A DNA stretch of 64,000 nt from the NCBI RefSeq assembly GCF_001677475.2, contig NZ_CP015229.1, one strand, 5' to 3'. This document shows positions 39,046 to 49,730 of the stretch, piece after piece (positions within the stretch are counted from its first letter, which is position 1; each line of letters starts with the position of its first letter). Both the position numbers and the translations under genes were made by a program. The notes under the pieces are model-generated. The model did no database searches and was not told the origin of the DNA. It saw only the letters and a list, made by a program, of their open reading frames with translations. Origin of the DNA: Escherichia coli. GTDB taxonomy: Bacteria; Pseudomonadota; Gammaproteobacteria; Enterobacterales; Enterobacteriaceae.

Positions 39046-40581
39046 TTAGTGTTTCTTGTCATTCATCACAATATAGTGTGGTGAACGTGCACGCGGGTGC
39101 AGGAAGAAGTGACCTTTTGGTGCGTTCTGACTGTTGATTGGCTCCAGAGTGACGCCGGTATTCGCTTTGCCTTTACGATCATGAACAGCATAGAGAATAA
39201 AGGGCAGGGCAAGTACCACCAGGAAACTAACGACCAGTAATTCAACATACATATCGGTAGAGTCACCCTGGATGTTATCCGGCGGCAGGAAGGAAACAAT
39301 AAACGCCATAATTGAAGTCAGCAGACCGACAATAGCCACGACCAGTTTCACCCCTTTACCACCAGGGATATTAAATGTGCGTTTTAAGTCAGGATGTTTA
39401 AGAACCAACACAATGTAGCCAATAAACAGCATGAAATAAGCACACAGATAAATCACCACCGTCAGCGCCAGTGCGATCAGGAAGGACATGTTGTTACCGC
39501 CACCGGTATTGGTGAGGATGATCAACGCGATAGAAGTAATCACCAGCTGCGAAATGACCAGCGTTACCGGTACGCCATTTTTGTTCATTTTAGCGAATGC
39601 CGCTGGCAGCAGGTTTTTCTGCGCTGTGACATACATCCCGCGAGAAGGACCAACAATCCAGGAGGCGATTTCCGCCAAAACACCCAGCAACAACAGTGCG
39701 GAGATCACGCGAACCGTCCACTCAATTTCCGGTGCCACATGGGACATCAGAACGGTAAAGGTTTGCATTACCCCTGCGGAGAGGTTGATTTCATTACCCG
39801 GAATGACCATCGCAATAGACAAACCGCCAACAGAGCTTAAGCAGATTGCCGCCACCATCAGCAGTAACATAGCCAGTGGATAGTCGCGCCCGGGGTTGCT
39901 CATTTCATTGACGTGAGTTGCGGAAGCTTCTACGCCCATATAACTCAAAATGAAGGCAACAAATACAACCAGGGTGCCCACTTTAGAGAAGTCAGGGAAG
40001 AAGGTCTTCGAATCCATTTCGATAGCAACGGGGGCACCGGAGTGCAGATAAATAGCCGCTAATGCGATCAAAATAAATGCAGGTAACAGGATACCGGCGA
40101 AGAAGCCAACTTTAGCAATTCGTGCCGTGTATTTCGTGCCACCAAACTGCGTTAATGCCAGCGCCCAAAGAATGATGAGTGCTGCAATAGTTTTGGTAAT
40201 GGGGTCTTCATTCAGCGCTGGCCATTTCAGGATGTAGGAGAGTGCCCCTAACACGAAATAGAGCATCGGAATAAAACCAATGGCGATTTGCAGATAGCCA
40301 AATGAGATCGCTGCAAATCCCCATCTCGGCCCCAGAGTATTTGATACCCAGGCGAAGACACCACCTTCTTCCCAGCCGTCGACGGTGGCCATTTCCGCAG
40401 CACAAAGTCCCACGGGAATAAACCATAAAATCCCGCCTAATAGCAGGAAGAAGACTAATGAAAAGCCCGATGTTGCGAAGGTAGGGTATTCATAAACAGC
40501 CATTACCATCGATGCCGTTATGGCAAAAAAGCCGAGTAATGTGAGCTGCTTAGCTTTACCTGTCTGTACTGATGTAGCCAT
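39046..40581 (-). CDS. gadC: glutamate:GABA antiporter
   Basis: 511 aa APC-family transporter, [33 protein letters not shown]... Confidence 0.92.
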   Translation of the reverse strand: MATSVQTGKAKQLTLLGFFAITASMVMAVYEYPTFATSGFSLVFFLLLGGILWFIPVGLCAAEMATVDGWEEGGVFAWVSNTLGPRWGFAAISFGYLQIAIGFIPMLYFVLGALSYILKWPALNEDPITKTIAALIILWALALTQFGGTKYTARIAKVGFFAGILLPAFILIALAAIYLHSGAPVAIEMDSKTFFPDFSKVGTLVVFVAFILSYMGVEASATHVNEMSNPGRDYPLAMLLLMVAAICLSSVGGLSIAMVIPGNEINLSAGVMQTFTVLMSHVAPEIEWTVRVISALLLLGVLAEIASWIVGPSRGMYVTAQKNLLPAAFAKMNKNGVPVTLVISQLVITSIALIILTNTGGGNNMSFLIALALTVVIYLCAYFMLFIGYIVLVLKHPDLKRTFNIPGGKGVKLVVAIVGLLTSIMAFIVSFLPPDNIQGDSTDMYVELLVVSFLVVLALPFILYAVHDRKGKANTGVTLEPINSQNAPKGHFFLHPRARSPHYIVMNDKKH

Positions 40582-40736
40582 ATTATCCCCCTAAAACGGT
40601 ATTCCTGTCGGAACCGCACCTGTTTTGTTCTGAAGCGTATTCAGAACAATATTTTCCGTTGCTAATGCCAGTGAACAGACTTTGGAGATTGTCCCGAAAC
40701 GGGTTCGTTTCGGGACACCGTTACCGTTAAACGTTA

Positions 40737-42137
40737 TCAGGTATGTTTAAAGCTGTTCTGCTGGGCAATACCCTGCAGTTTCGGGTGATCGCTGAGATAT
40801 TTCAGGGAGGCTTTGTAGTCTTCCAGCAACAGTTCAGCAAAGTCCATTTCGAAGCCACGACGACACATAATGCGCATCACCACGATGTCAGTGGCTTCAC
40901 CGCCGAGAGTGAAGGCCGGAACCTGCCAGCCGCGCAGACGCAGACGTTCAGAGAGGTCGTAGAGGGTGTATCCCGGATCTTCACCATCTTTCAGTTTGAA
41001 GCAGACCGCCGGGATGCCTTCGTCCGGACGACCGGTACAGATGAACTCATACGGCCCCAGTTTGGCGATCTCATCCGCCAGATAGGTAGCGACCTGATAA
41101 GAGGCGTTCTGTACTTTGGTATAGCCTTCACGACCGAGGCGCAGGAATTCATAGTACTGTGCAATTACCTGACCCGCCGGGCGGGAGAAGTTGATGGCGA
41201 AAGTACCAATCTGACCACCGAGGTAGTCAACGTTGAACACCAGTTCCTGCGGCAGCGCTTCTTCGTCACGCCAGATAACCCAGCCGCAGCCCAGCGGAGC
41301 CAGACCGAATTTATGGCCTGAAGCACTGATCGATTTCACCCGCGGCAGGCGGAAGTCCCAGACGATATCCGGGGCAACGAACGGCGCCAGGAAGCCACCG
41401 CTGGCAGCGTCGATGTGCATGTCGATGTCGATACCGGTGTCGGCCTGGAATTTATCCAGCGCATCGTGCAGCGGTTGCGGGAACTCATAGTTACCGGTGT
41501 AGGTCACGCCGAAAGTCGGCACCACGCCGATGGTGTTTTCGTCGCAGGCTTCAATCATGCGTTTCGGGTCCATAAACAACTGACCGGGGCGCATAGGGAT
41601 CTCACGCAGCTCCACATCCCAGTAGCGGGCGAATTTATGCCAGCAGATTTGTACCGGACCGCACACCAGGTTTGGTTTATCCGTTGGTTTGCCTGCAGCT
41701 TCCATACGCTTGCGCCAACGCCATTTCATCGCCATCCCGCCGAGCATACAGGCCTCGGAAGAACCAATGGTGTTGGTGCCAACGGCCTGACCATTTTTCG
41801 GCGCAGGCGCATGCCACAGATCGGCAACCATATTTACGCAACGCAGGTCAATGGCTGCGGATTGCGGATATTCTTCTTTGTCGATCCAGTTTTTGTTAAT
41901 GGATAAATCCATCAATTTGTGGACATTTTCGTCGTCCCAGGTCTGGCAGAAAGTGGCCAGGTTCTGACGAGCGTTGCCATCAAGATATAATTCGTCATTG
42001 ATAATCTGGAATGCGACATCGTCGCGCATTTCGTGCAGCGGAAAACGTTTTGATTCTGCGATAGTGGAAATAGACTTCGCACCAAAACGTGAATCGAGTA
42101 GTTCCGACCTTAAATCCGTTACTTGCTTCTTATCCAT
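40737..42137 (-). CDS. gadB: glutamate decarboxylase beta
   Basis: ORF trimmed to ATG 42137 ([24 protein letters not shown]...), 466 aa; AGGAG RBS; PLP-lysine motif [10 protein letters not shown]. Confidence 0.92.
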   Translation of the reverse strand: MDKKQVTDLRSELLDSRFGAKSISTIAESKRFPLHEMRDDVAFQIINDELYLDGNARQNLATFCQTWDDENVHKLMDLSINKNWIDKEEYPQSAAIDLRCVNMVADLWHAPAPKNGQAVGTNTIGSSEACMLGGMAMKWRWRKRMEAAGKPTDKPNLVCGPVQICWHKFARYWDVELREIPMRPGQLFMDPKRMIEACDENTIGVVPTFGVTYTGNYEFPQPLHDALDKFQADTGIDIDMHIDAASGGFLAPFVAPDIVWDFRLPRVKSISASGHKFGLAPLGCGWVIWRDEEALPQELVFNVDYLGGQIGTFAINFSRPAGQVIAQYYEFLRLGREGYTKVQNASYQVATYLADEIAKLGPYEFICTGRPDEGIPAVCFKLKDGEDPGYTLYDLSERLRLRGWQVPAFTLGGEATDIVVMRIMCRRGFEMDFAELLLEDYKASLKYLSDHPKLQGIAQQNSFKHT

Positions 42138-42216
42138 TTTAAACTCCTTAAAATGATTGGATCGCATTAAAAAAGTAGGATTTATCGATAAAGTAAGCAA
42201 GTGCAAAGGACTCGTG

Positions 42217-42236
42217 TTTAAATAACAAAATCCTAA
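42217..42236 (-). promoter_or_regulatory. GAD box (GadE/RcsB site), exact 20-mer TTAGGATTTTGTTATTTAAA
   Basis: The reverse complement of 42217-42236 is exactly the GAD box sequence, 80-100 bp upstream of the gadB ATG. Confidence 0.65.
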
Positions 42237-42454
42237 TGTTATTTATCGTGAGATATTACACGAATAATATTTTTTCATTGAAAAACAATATAATATGGAA
42301 TTCCTGGGTGGTGGTAAGGTGTTTTATGCTGTTATTTTTATGCGCATTATGTGCCTCCTGAATTATCACGTAAAAATCAGACCTTAAAATATCACTATTA
42401 GTACTTGGTTATTATTTTGAACGCATTTATAAAATTATTACATAAAAATAGCGA

Positions 42455-42493
42455 ATATTGATAAAATCCCCGCCAACGATGTGTTGACGGGGC
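42455..42493 (-). terminator. terminator-like hairpin immediately after the pqqL stop
   Basis: ccccg...cgggg imperfect stem (42468-42493), followed on the minus strand by AUUUUAUCAAUAUU. Confidence 0.4.
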
Positions 42494-42498
42494 TGTTA

Positions 42499-45294
42499 TT
42501 ATTTTGGCAATAATATTCCAGTATAAGTATTTACCGGATGAGAAAGATATTGTTTAACGGCAGTGTTAACATTCTCTACCGTCATTTGTTTCAACAATTG
42601 CTCCTGCTCAGTCCATGCTGCAGGATCGTCATATTGAATAAGACTATTTACAATAGTGTTCGCTAATTGTTGAACGCTACGCTGTTGGATATCGAGGCTG
42701 CGCTGAACGTTTTGCTGGTATTCATTCAGTTCTTGCTCACTGATCCCTTTAGCCAGACGCTTAACCATCACTTCATTCGCTAACGTTAACAGTTCATCAT
42801 GTCGTTCTGGTTGACAAGTAAAAGCCAGCAAATGACTGATATCTTTGGCCTCAGGATCAACCGAGAGGCGAGAAGAAACGCTGTATGCTCCAGATGCCTG
42901 TTCACGAATATTAACGCGTAGATCTTTTGCCAGTGCGACGTTAAAAGCATCGAGCGCCATACGCGTCTCCAGATTTACAGGTGTCCGGGAATCATAACGT
43001 TTCCACTGTGAAACCTGTGCCACAGGTTCATTTTGTTCTTTTACAGTAACCGATGCGTTGTCCGTCGCGCGAGTTAATGGTTTACCTGCGGCTAATGGCG
43101 AATCAGAGTGTTTGATTGATCCTAAGTAACGCGTAATTAACGCCACGAGTTTGTCTTCTGCGACATTACCGACAATGACAAACGTGATATCCGCTGGAGA
43201 TGAAAACAACTGGCGATCGGCAGCCAGCGCATCTGCGGCAGTAAACTGTGCAATCTGATTTTCTTGCAGTAATTTCGTGCGGTCATCAGCATAGCGCGTC
43301 TCATACATCTGCTGGGCGAATTTCTCCGCTGGACGCTGGTCGAGCGTTTTCAACGCCTGAATTTGAGCATTTTGTAGCGATGCCCAAATATTATCGTTAA
43401 TCGTGCTGTGGGTGATTCGCTGGTTAATCAACTGGAAACCAGGTTCAGGGTTATTAGTCCGCGTGCTAACAGAGAGCAATGTATTCATGCCACTGACTTT
43501 ACTGCTCATGGTTACCGAGTTTTCCGCACTCCAGCGTTTCAGGCTGGAAGAGGAGAGTTCACCAACGCCGCTTCCGCTTACTGCTTTATTTGCCAGCGCG
43601 ATAAGTGATTTTTGCTGCGCAGGGAAACTTAAATCGCCTTTATTAGATACGGCAGTAATTTGTAGCTTTTGCTCTTCACCCGCGGATTTTGCCAGAATAA
43701 CCCTGGCACCATTGGAAAGTGTTAATGATGTCAGATTCTCAGCCAGCGTTTCTTTGCTGCTAATTTCCGCCAGTGGGTCAGCGTCTACTGTTAACGATAA
43801 ATTTCTGCCTGGGAAGATGTAAGCCGCCAGCTTTTTGTTGGCGTACTCTTTTTCCAGCGCCAGGATAGCCGCAGGAGACAATGCTTTTTTGGCAGCAACC
43901 TCATTGTTTACCATTTGCTCCCAAAATGCATCCTGGTTCTTTCTTAACTGCTGCCATTTTTCCGCCAGACTTTGCACGGTAATTTGCTGCCACAGACGTT
44001 TCGAAAGTTGATATGTCTCTTCCGGCGACAAGAACGGCGTATTATTTAATGAGCTGGATGCCAGGCGACTGGTCAGCATACGTAAATCACGTTCAGCTTG
44101 CTGATCAACCGCATTTTTCAGCCAGGTGAGGCGGGTAGATTTGACATCATCGAGTTCTTCAGCAGAAAAACCATGCTGATCAATGGTTGCCAACTCTGCC
44201 ATTAATGCATTCGCAGCATCCTGCATATTATCGTCTCGTGCATTTACACGGAAAAACAGCGACTGATAATCGGGTGCAATTTTAACGCTGCGCGCAGTGC
44301 CGCCAGAAATAGTCTTCAACTCGCCCGACTGTATGCGTTCCTGCAGACGTTGATTGAACAGCTGAACTAACATGCTCCATTCCGCTTGTTCGATAAAGCT
44401 TTGCTCATCGTTCACTTGTACCATTGGCAGGCGATAATAGAGTGCGATGCCGTTCACCCGGTTTTCTTTATCATTAATGATATTAAAGCGCAGGTGATTT
44501 TCGGCTTTTGTCGGCCAGACGCGATTTTCAGCTGCTTTGTTAGCCGGAAGCTTACTTAAATTATCCTTTATCAGCGCCAGCGCTTCTTTACTGTCGATAT
44601 CGCCGACCACGATAAAGGTCATATTATTTGGTTGATACCAGCGTTGATAAAATTGGCGCAATTGTGCCGGTGTGACCGTGGCGACAGTATCCATCAGGCC
44701 GATAGGTTCACGGTCTAAATTACGGGTATTAGCCAGCAGGAAAGGGCGGCGCGCCTGAGAGGTGCGCCATTTCGCATCCTGATGGGCACGCCATTCCTCA
44801 GTAATTACGCCACGTTCAGCGTCAACTTCGAGTTTTTCAAAGGTTGCGGCATTACTCCATTCACTGAAGATTGCCATCACTTGTTGCAGATTTTGTTTCT
44901 GCGTAGTCGGCAAACTCACCTGATACACCGTTTCGTCATAGCTGGTATAGGCATTAACATCGCGACCAAAACGCAGGCCCATTGACTCAAATGTTTCGAT
45001 GACTTTATTACCCGGCCATGTTTTTGTGCCGTTAAACATCATATGTTCTACAAAATGAGCCACGCCGCGCTCATTGTCTTCTTCCTGCAATGAACCGGTA
45101 TGAATTTGCAGCCATAAATTTATCTGATCCTTTGGATGAGCATGCGGATAAATCATATATCGCAAGCCATTGTCCAGTTGCCCGGTAATTAACTTTTCAT
45201 CCTGCGGTAAGGCGGCGGCAATCAGCCGCCCGGGGAGCAACAGAGTTGCCACTAACGTCAGTAAGAAACAGAGGTTTCTCATAATTATCTCCAT
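42499..45294 (-). CDS. pqqL: periplasmic M16-family zinc metalloprotease
   Basis: 931 aa; HxxEH inverted zinc motif (HFVEHMMFNGT); signal peptide; alternative start at the internal MRNLCFLL. Confidence 0.88.
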   Translation of the reverse strand: MEIIMRNLCFLLTLVATLLLPGRLIAAALPQDEKLITGQLDNGLRYMIYPHAHPKDQINLWLQIHTGSLQEEDNERGVAHFVEHMMFNGTKTWPGNKVIETFESMGLRFGRDVNAYTSYDETVYQVSLPTTQKQNLQQVMAIFSEWSNAATFEKLEVDAERGVITEEWRAHQDAKWRTSQARRPFLLANTRNLDREPIGLMDTVATVTPAQLRQFYQRWYQPNNMTFIVVGDIDSKEALALIKDNLSKLPANKAAENRVWPTKAENHLRFNIINDKENRVNGIALYYRLPMVQVNDEQSFIEQAEWSMLVQLFNQRLQERIQSGELKTISGGTARSVKIAPDYQSLFFRVNARDDNMQDAANALMAELATIDQHGFSAEELDDVKSTRLTWLKNAVDQQAERDLRMLTSRLASSSLNNTPFLSPEETYQLSKRLWQQITVQSLAEKWQQLRKNQDAFWEQMVNNEVAAKKALSPAAILALEKEYANKKLAAYIFPGRNLSLTVDADPLAEISSKETLAENLTSLTLSNGARVILAKSAGEEQKLQITAVSNKGDLSFPAQQKSLIALANKAVSGSGVGELSSSSLKRWSAENSVTMSSKVSGMNTLLSVSTRTNNPEPGFQLINQRITHSTINDNIWASLQNAQIQALKTLDQRPAEKFAQQMYETRYADDRTKLLQENQIAQFTAADALAADRQLFSSPADITFVIVGNVAEDKLVALITRYLGSIKHSDSPLAAGKPLTRATDNASVTVKEQNEPVAQVSQWKRYDSRTPVNLETRMALDAFNVALAKDLRVNIREQASGAYSVSSRLSVDPEAKDISHLLAFTCQPERHDELLTLANEVMVKRLAKGISEQELNEYQQNVQRSLDIQQRSVQQLANTIVNSLIQYDDPAAWTEQEQLLKQMTVENVNTAVKQYLSHPVNTYTGILLPK

Positions 45295-45338
45295 GCGAAA
45301 ACCGGGCGAATTTACCCGGTTAAGTAAAATCCGAACTA

Positions 45339-47711
45339 TTAAAATTTCATGCTGACATCAAGCCAGAAAGTACGGCCACTGGCGTAGGTCGCCACACCGG
45401 TATTCGTTGTATCAACAGCGGTTTTGCTATCCAGTACATTGAGAATATCGGCACTGATCGTCAGGTTTTGTTGTTTCAGAAATTGTGGCGTCCAGGACAA
45501 GCGGGTGTCCCAGGTCAGGCTGCTATCCAGTTTTTCGTCAACATACTGCTTGTAATCTGAATATTCGCTGTTGTATTGCGCATTCGTCTTACCCAGGATA
45601 ATGCGAGCTTTACGCGCTTCTTGCCAGGCCAGCGTATTCGCCCACACCAACCCGCTCGGTTGATGCGTGAAATCCATGTTTAAGGAGATCTTTAATGGGT
45701 TATTAAAATCCGCCACTGGAACGCTATCGTAAGAAACCAGATTACCGTTATAAACCACCTGGTTATCACCGGTATTGCTCTCCTCATAACCATTGTTTAA
45801 CGACAAGTTGCCCTTGCTCTTGATATAGCTAAAGACAATTTGCGGGTTAATATCTACCTGGCTGATATGCAGGGGTTCGGCCAGTTCAAGACTGAGGTTA
45901 AACGAATGCGTTTTGGTTTTGCCGTCGTTGTTATATTCAGTAATGGTGGTTTTAGTCGCGCTGTCGGTACGACTGCTTTTGCTGATTTGATCATGCGCTT
46001 CACGGTAAACATAGTTTGCGCGCGCAATAACGTTCTTACCGAATTTTTGCTGCAATCCCATTGCCAGTTCATCGTTATAAGGCGTTTTCAAATCCTGATA
46101 ACGCGTCAGGGTTTTATTGCCTGATACAGATTCCGTCCAGCTATTGCGGATATCACGTAATCCCATATCAAGAATATTCCCGCCATAGTAACGGTTATAA
46201 CCTGCGGTAATCATTGAGGTTTGATCAGCAAAAATATCCCATTCCGTCATAAAGCGTGGGGAAATATTGTGGTTTGACAGATAGTTGTCATAGTCATACC
46301 GCACGCCGGGCATTAACGACACATTACGCCAGCTAATGCGATCCGCCATATACAGCGTGTAGTTGTCAATTCCCAGGCTGCCTTTACCTTTATGGTAAAT
46401 GGTATGGTTAGTTTTCTTTCCGGCAGCATTAATCACATAGGATTCAGACTGGTTATGGCGTTCGGTCCATGCATCGGAATAGATGTATTCCGCGCCGAAG
46501 TAGGGTTGATGAGAAACATTACCCACGGTGAATTTTTGCCAGTCCAGGCGTGTTTTGAAGGTGTAATTATCTACAGCCTGGGAAATGTGTCCTAATCCGC
46601 CACGGGTGCAACGCCCTGTAATATCACCATATGTACATGAAAGTTCGGTGTACCAGATGTCATGATCGTGACGGGTATAATCACTAATATGATCCCAACC
46701 AACGGTGGTACGTAGTTTGGCCCATGCGAGATGCGTATCCATATCCCATGCCAGACCGTAGGATTTATTACCCATTTCGCGATCAGACTGCGGGAAGGTG
46801 CTGGTATTATAATCACGGCTGGAGCCGGTATATTTTAAGGTTAAATCGTGGGTAAAGCGGTCGCTGGCAAACCAGGTAAATTTGCTCACTGCGGTATCGA
46901 TAACGTTTTTGTACTGTGCCCGACCGGCGACAATGCCGTCATTCGAAACATAATCCGCGCGGGTGATATCAGACTGGCGGCGCGATAAACCGGCGGTAAC
47001 GCCGAAGTTATGAGCGAGTTCCTGATTAAATGACAAAGTATAAAAGTTCTTTTTAAAATCTGGAGAGTAATAAGTACTTCCTGAAGAACCTTGATTAAAT
47101 GCGCTCTTGTTATTCTCATCGATATGCGATGTTAACCAGTCCGAACGCGTAGTGCGGTAACCCAGTTTCACGCTGCTATCATCAGCGTTGAAGCGTTTGA
47201 TCTTTGCATCAATTACCCCGCCATTGAAGCGACCAAATTCAACCGGCACAAAACTGTCATAAAGCGTCACATTGTCCAGTAAGCTGACATCAAGATAATA
47301 CCCCTGTGACATCCCGCTAATATTGGTTGCACTACTGGCATCGGACTCATTCGCTGGGTTCAGGTTATTAGTTGCACTAATACCGTCAATCAAATAGGCA
47401 TTCTGGTAGGGCGACGCACCGTGAATAGAGATTTTCTCCGGGCGAATATCTCCCTGGTTCAACGAGGTACTTTGCGTTGAATCCATGCGTACCGCAGGGT
47501 TGGTTCTCAGCAGATCGCTGATATTGCCATTCCCGGTCGGTAAACGCTCGATGCTTTCACTGGTGTAATGCGTGTTGCCGTTTACGGGTACAGGGACAGG
47601 AGCATAGACCGTCATCTCTTCAAAAAAATGCATGTACATGTTTTTGTCATCGACGGCCTGCGCCACATCAGCGCCACATAAAATGACGCCAGGAATAAGA
47701 ACTCGCTTCAT
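45339..47711 (-). CDS. yddB: TonB-dependent outer-membrane receptor
   Basis: 790 aa; signal peptide, plug-domain and beta-barrel features, C-terminal ...WLDVSMKF. Confidence 0.88.
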   Translation of the reverse strand: MKRVLIPGVILCGADVAQAVDDKNMYMHFFEEMTVYAPVPVPVNGNTHYTSESIERLPTGNGNISDLLRTNPAVRMDSTQSTSLNQGDIRPEKISIHGASPYQNAYLIDGISATNNLNPANESDASSATNISGMSQGYYLDVSLLDNVTLYDSFVPVEFGRFNGGVIDAKIKRFNADDSSVKLGYRTTRSDWLTSHIDENNKSAFNQGSSGSTYYSPDFKKNFYTLSFNQELAHNFGVTAGLSRRQSDITRADYVSNDGIVAGRAQYKNVIDTAVSKFTWFASDRFTHDLTLKYTGSSRDYNTSTFPQSDREMGNKSYGLAWDMDTHLAWAKLRTTVGWDHISDYTRHDHDIWYTELSCTYGDITGRCTRGGLGHISQAVDNYTFKTRLDWQKFTVGNVSHQPYFGAEYIYSDAWTERHNQSESYVINAAGKKTNHTIYHKGKGSLGIDNYTLYMADRISWRNVSLMPGVRYDYDNYLSNHNISPRFMTEWDIFADQTSMITAGYNRYYGGNILDMGLRDIRNSWTESVSGNKTLTRYQDLKTPYNDELAMGLQQKFGKNVIARANYVYREAHDQISKSSRTDSATKTTITEYNNDGKTKTHSFNLSLELAEPLHISQVDINPQIVFSYIKSKGNLSLNNGYEESNTGDNQVVYNGNLVSYDSVPVADFNNPLKISLNMDFTHQPSGLVWANTLAWQEARKARIILGKTNAQYNSEYSDYKQYVDEKLDSSLTWDTRLSWTPQFLKQQNLTISADILNVLDSKTAVDTTNTGVATYASGRTFWLDVSMKF

Positions 47712-47748
47712 TTATTTATATCTCCGTACAGCAGGGCTTTTATTGTTT

Positions 47749-49434
47749 TTATAAAACCGCGCTAATGTCACAAATATCATCAGCCAGGTTCCAGACACCG
47801 GGTTGATGTGTAACCATAATGACGCCGCTTGTGGGTAGTTTTTCACGCACTAAACGCAGTAAGCGGATAGCCTCTTGTTCCTCAAGATGAGAGGTAGTTT
47901 CGTCAAGAAATATCCATTTCGGACGTCGTAAAATTAATCGTGCCAGGGCGATACGTTGTTTTTCGCCGCTGGAAAGAATATCTCCCCAGCGATCGTGGTC
48001 ATGAATACGCGCAGCCAATTTCCCCAGACCAACCTGATGCAGTACTTCGCTCAACGATTTATCGTCTACGGGCAGGGGAAGTGCTTTACAAATAATCTCT
48101 TTCAGTAAGCCGGTTTTGATTAACGGTGTTTGTGACACATACCAACTGTCAGCAGGAGAAGAAATATAACCTTTAAACCACGGCCAGCAGTGAGATAATG
48201 TTTTAAGCAGTGTGGTTTTTCCCGCACCAGAGTAACCTTTCAGTAATAGCCATTTGCCTGGCGGAACATGAAAGTTCAGGTTCTCTAATATGATCTTATT
48301 ATCAGGGGTACGAATACTCGCGTCAGCCACTTGTACCGCATGTTGGCAATTTTTAGGCTTATTCGTAGGGCGCTGTTCGGTGAGTTGATGGAACTCATAC
48401 AAGCGATCGATAACCGCAGCCAGTTCAGCAATTTCATCATATTTATAAATAAACCAGCTTAAATTGTTCGATACCAGCATAAATGCCTGGCGCGATTTCA
48501 TAAGTCCGCCCAGATTGATCTGTCCGCTAATAAACTGCGGCAATAACAGAAAGTAGGGAAGAACGCTAAGCGAACGCGAATAAATATTCTGCCAGTAATC
48601 AAGCCACCGCTGACGATTCATTAAACGATGCCAGTTCTCTTTAATGGTATGAAAATTGTCGCTCAACTCCTGGCGTTGTAGAGACTCAGCATTGCTTAGC
48701 GCAATCAGTTCTGCCTGTTTATTATGCTGCACAAGATTAGTTCGAAATGTCGCTTCGCTACGTTGTTTTTCCACATTAAGCGGACGAATACGTTTACCCA
48801 CCTTATGGGTAAATAAAGTTCCACCGATCACAATGAGCACGACGGTATAGACCATATACCCCTGGATATTCCATTCTGTTCCACCAACAGTGAATGAGAG
48901 CGTACCCGCACTTTGCCAAAGAATAACGGTAAAGGTGATCAGCATGCTAAGCGACTGGATGAAGCCAAATGAAAGGCTGAGCGTTTTACTGATCAGTAAG
49001 AGAATGTCCTCAGCGATACGTTGGTCAGGGTTATCTGTATTTTTATGCTCGCCGTAGATTTGCGTGAAGTAGTAGTTTTTATCTGCAAACCAGCGATTAA
49101 GATAGTAATCTGTTAACCATTCGCGCCAGCGAATAGTCAGTAGTTTAATTAACCATGTTTTGTTTACGGATATTAATACAAAGATCCCCAGCAGGGCAGG
49201 GAACCAAAGAACAAGCTGCCAAAGCTTATCGGTTTCTTTCTGGCTTAGCGCATTGAAAAAATCATTATTCCAGTCGTTTAACCAGACCTGAATTTTAACA
49301 ACGCCAAGGATCATGGCGAGGATAATAATGATTAACAGCACTGAAGTTTTATTATTCTTACGCAGCCAAAAGGGCTTCAGCAGACAGAGATACTTTGCTA
49401 TCAACATACAAAACGTAATGGGAATGGTTATCAT
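47749..49434 (-). CDS. yddA: ABC transporter, fused permease/ATPase
   Basis: 561 aa; N-terminal TM domain, then Walker A GYSGAGKTT, ABC signature LSSGEKQR and Walker B. Confidence 0.88.
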   Translation of the reverse strand: MITIPITFCMLIAKYLCLLKPFWLRKNNKTSVLLIIIILAMILGVVKIQVWLNDWNNDFFNALSQKETDKLWQLVLWFPALLGIFVLISVNKTWLIKLLTIRWREWLTDYYLNRWFADKNYYFTQIYGEHKNTDNPDQRIAEDILLLISKTLSLSFGFIQSLSMLITFTVILWQSAGTLSFTVGGTEWNIQGYMVYTVVLIVIGGTLFTHKVGKRIRPLNVEKQRSEATFRTNLVQHNKQAELIALSNAESLQRQELSDNFHTIKENWHRLMNRQRWLDYWQNIYSRSLSVLPYFLLLPQFISGQINLGGLMKSRQAFMLVSNNLSWFIYKYDEIAELAAVIDRLYEFHQLTEQRPTNKPKNCQHAVQVADASIRTPDNKIILENLNFHVPPGKWLLLKGYSGAGKTTLLKTLSHCWPWFKGYISSPADSWYVSQTPLIKTGLLKEIICKALPLPVDDKSLSEVLHQVGLGKLAARIHDHDRWGDILSSGEKQRIALARLILRRPKWIFLDETTSHLEEQEAIRLLRLVREKLPTSGVIMVTHQPGVWNLADDICDISAVL

Positions 49435-49639
49435 TAGCGAAAATTGATTGTGCCATCCAATGATTGTCTATGGCAATGATTTACTGATGAAATTTATTTA
49501 AGTGTCATTTAACAATATGAAATATAAAGGAATATTTCATTTTCAGTGGTTATGGTTATGCTATTGATAATCAAGGATATTGCTAATGCTAATGCCCTGA
49601 CGCATACCACGTAAGCCAGGATTTTCGCAAGGGAAGATG

Positions 49640-49677
49640 ATGATGACGAAACACCCGACAGGAATATGTGTCGGGTG
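49640..49677 (-). terminator. terminator-like hairpin after ydeM
   Basis: Perfect 9-bp stem cacccgaca / tgtcgggtg with an 8-nt loop, then on the minus strand UUUCGUCAUCAUC. Confidence 0.45.
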
Positions 49678-49730
49678 CATTGTTAAGGTCATAAGAAGGA
49701 GGCTAAGACTGGAGCTAAGAGGGAGCGTTA

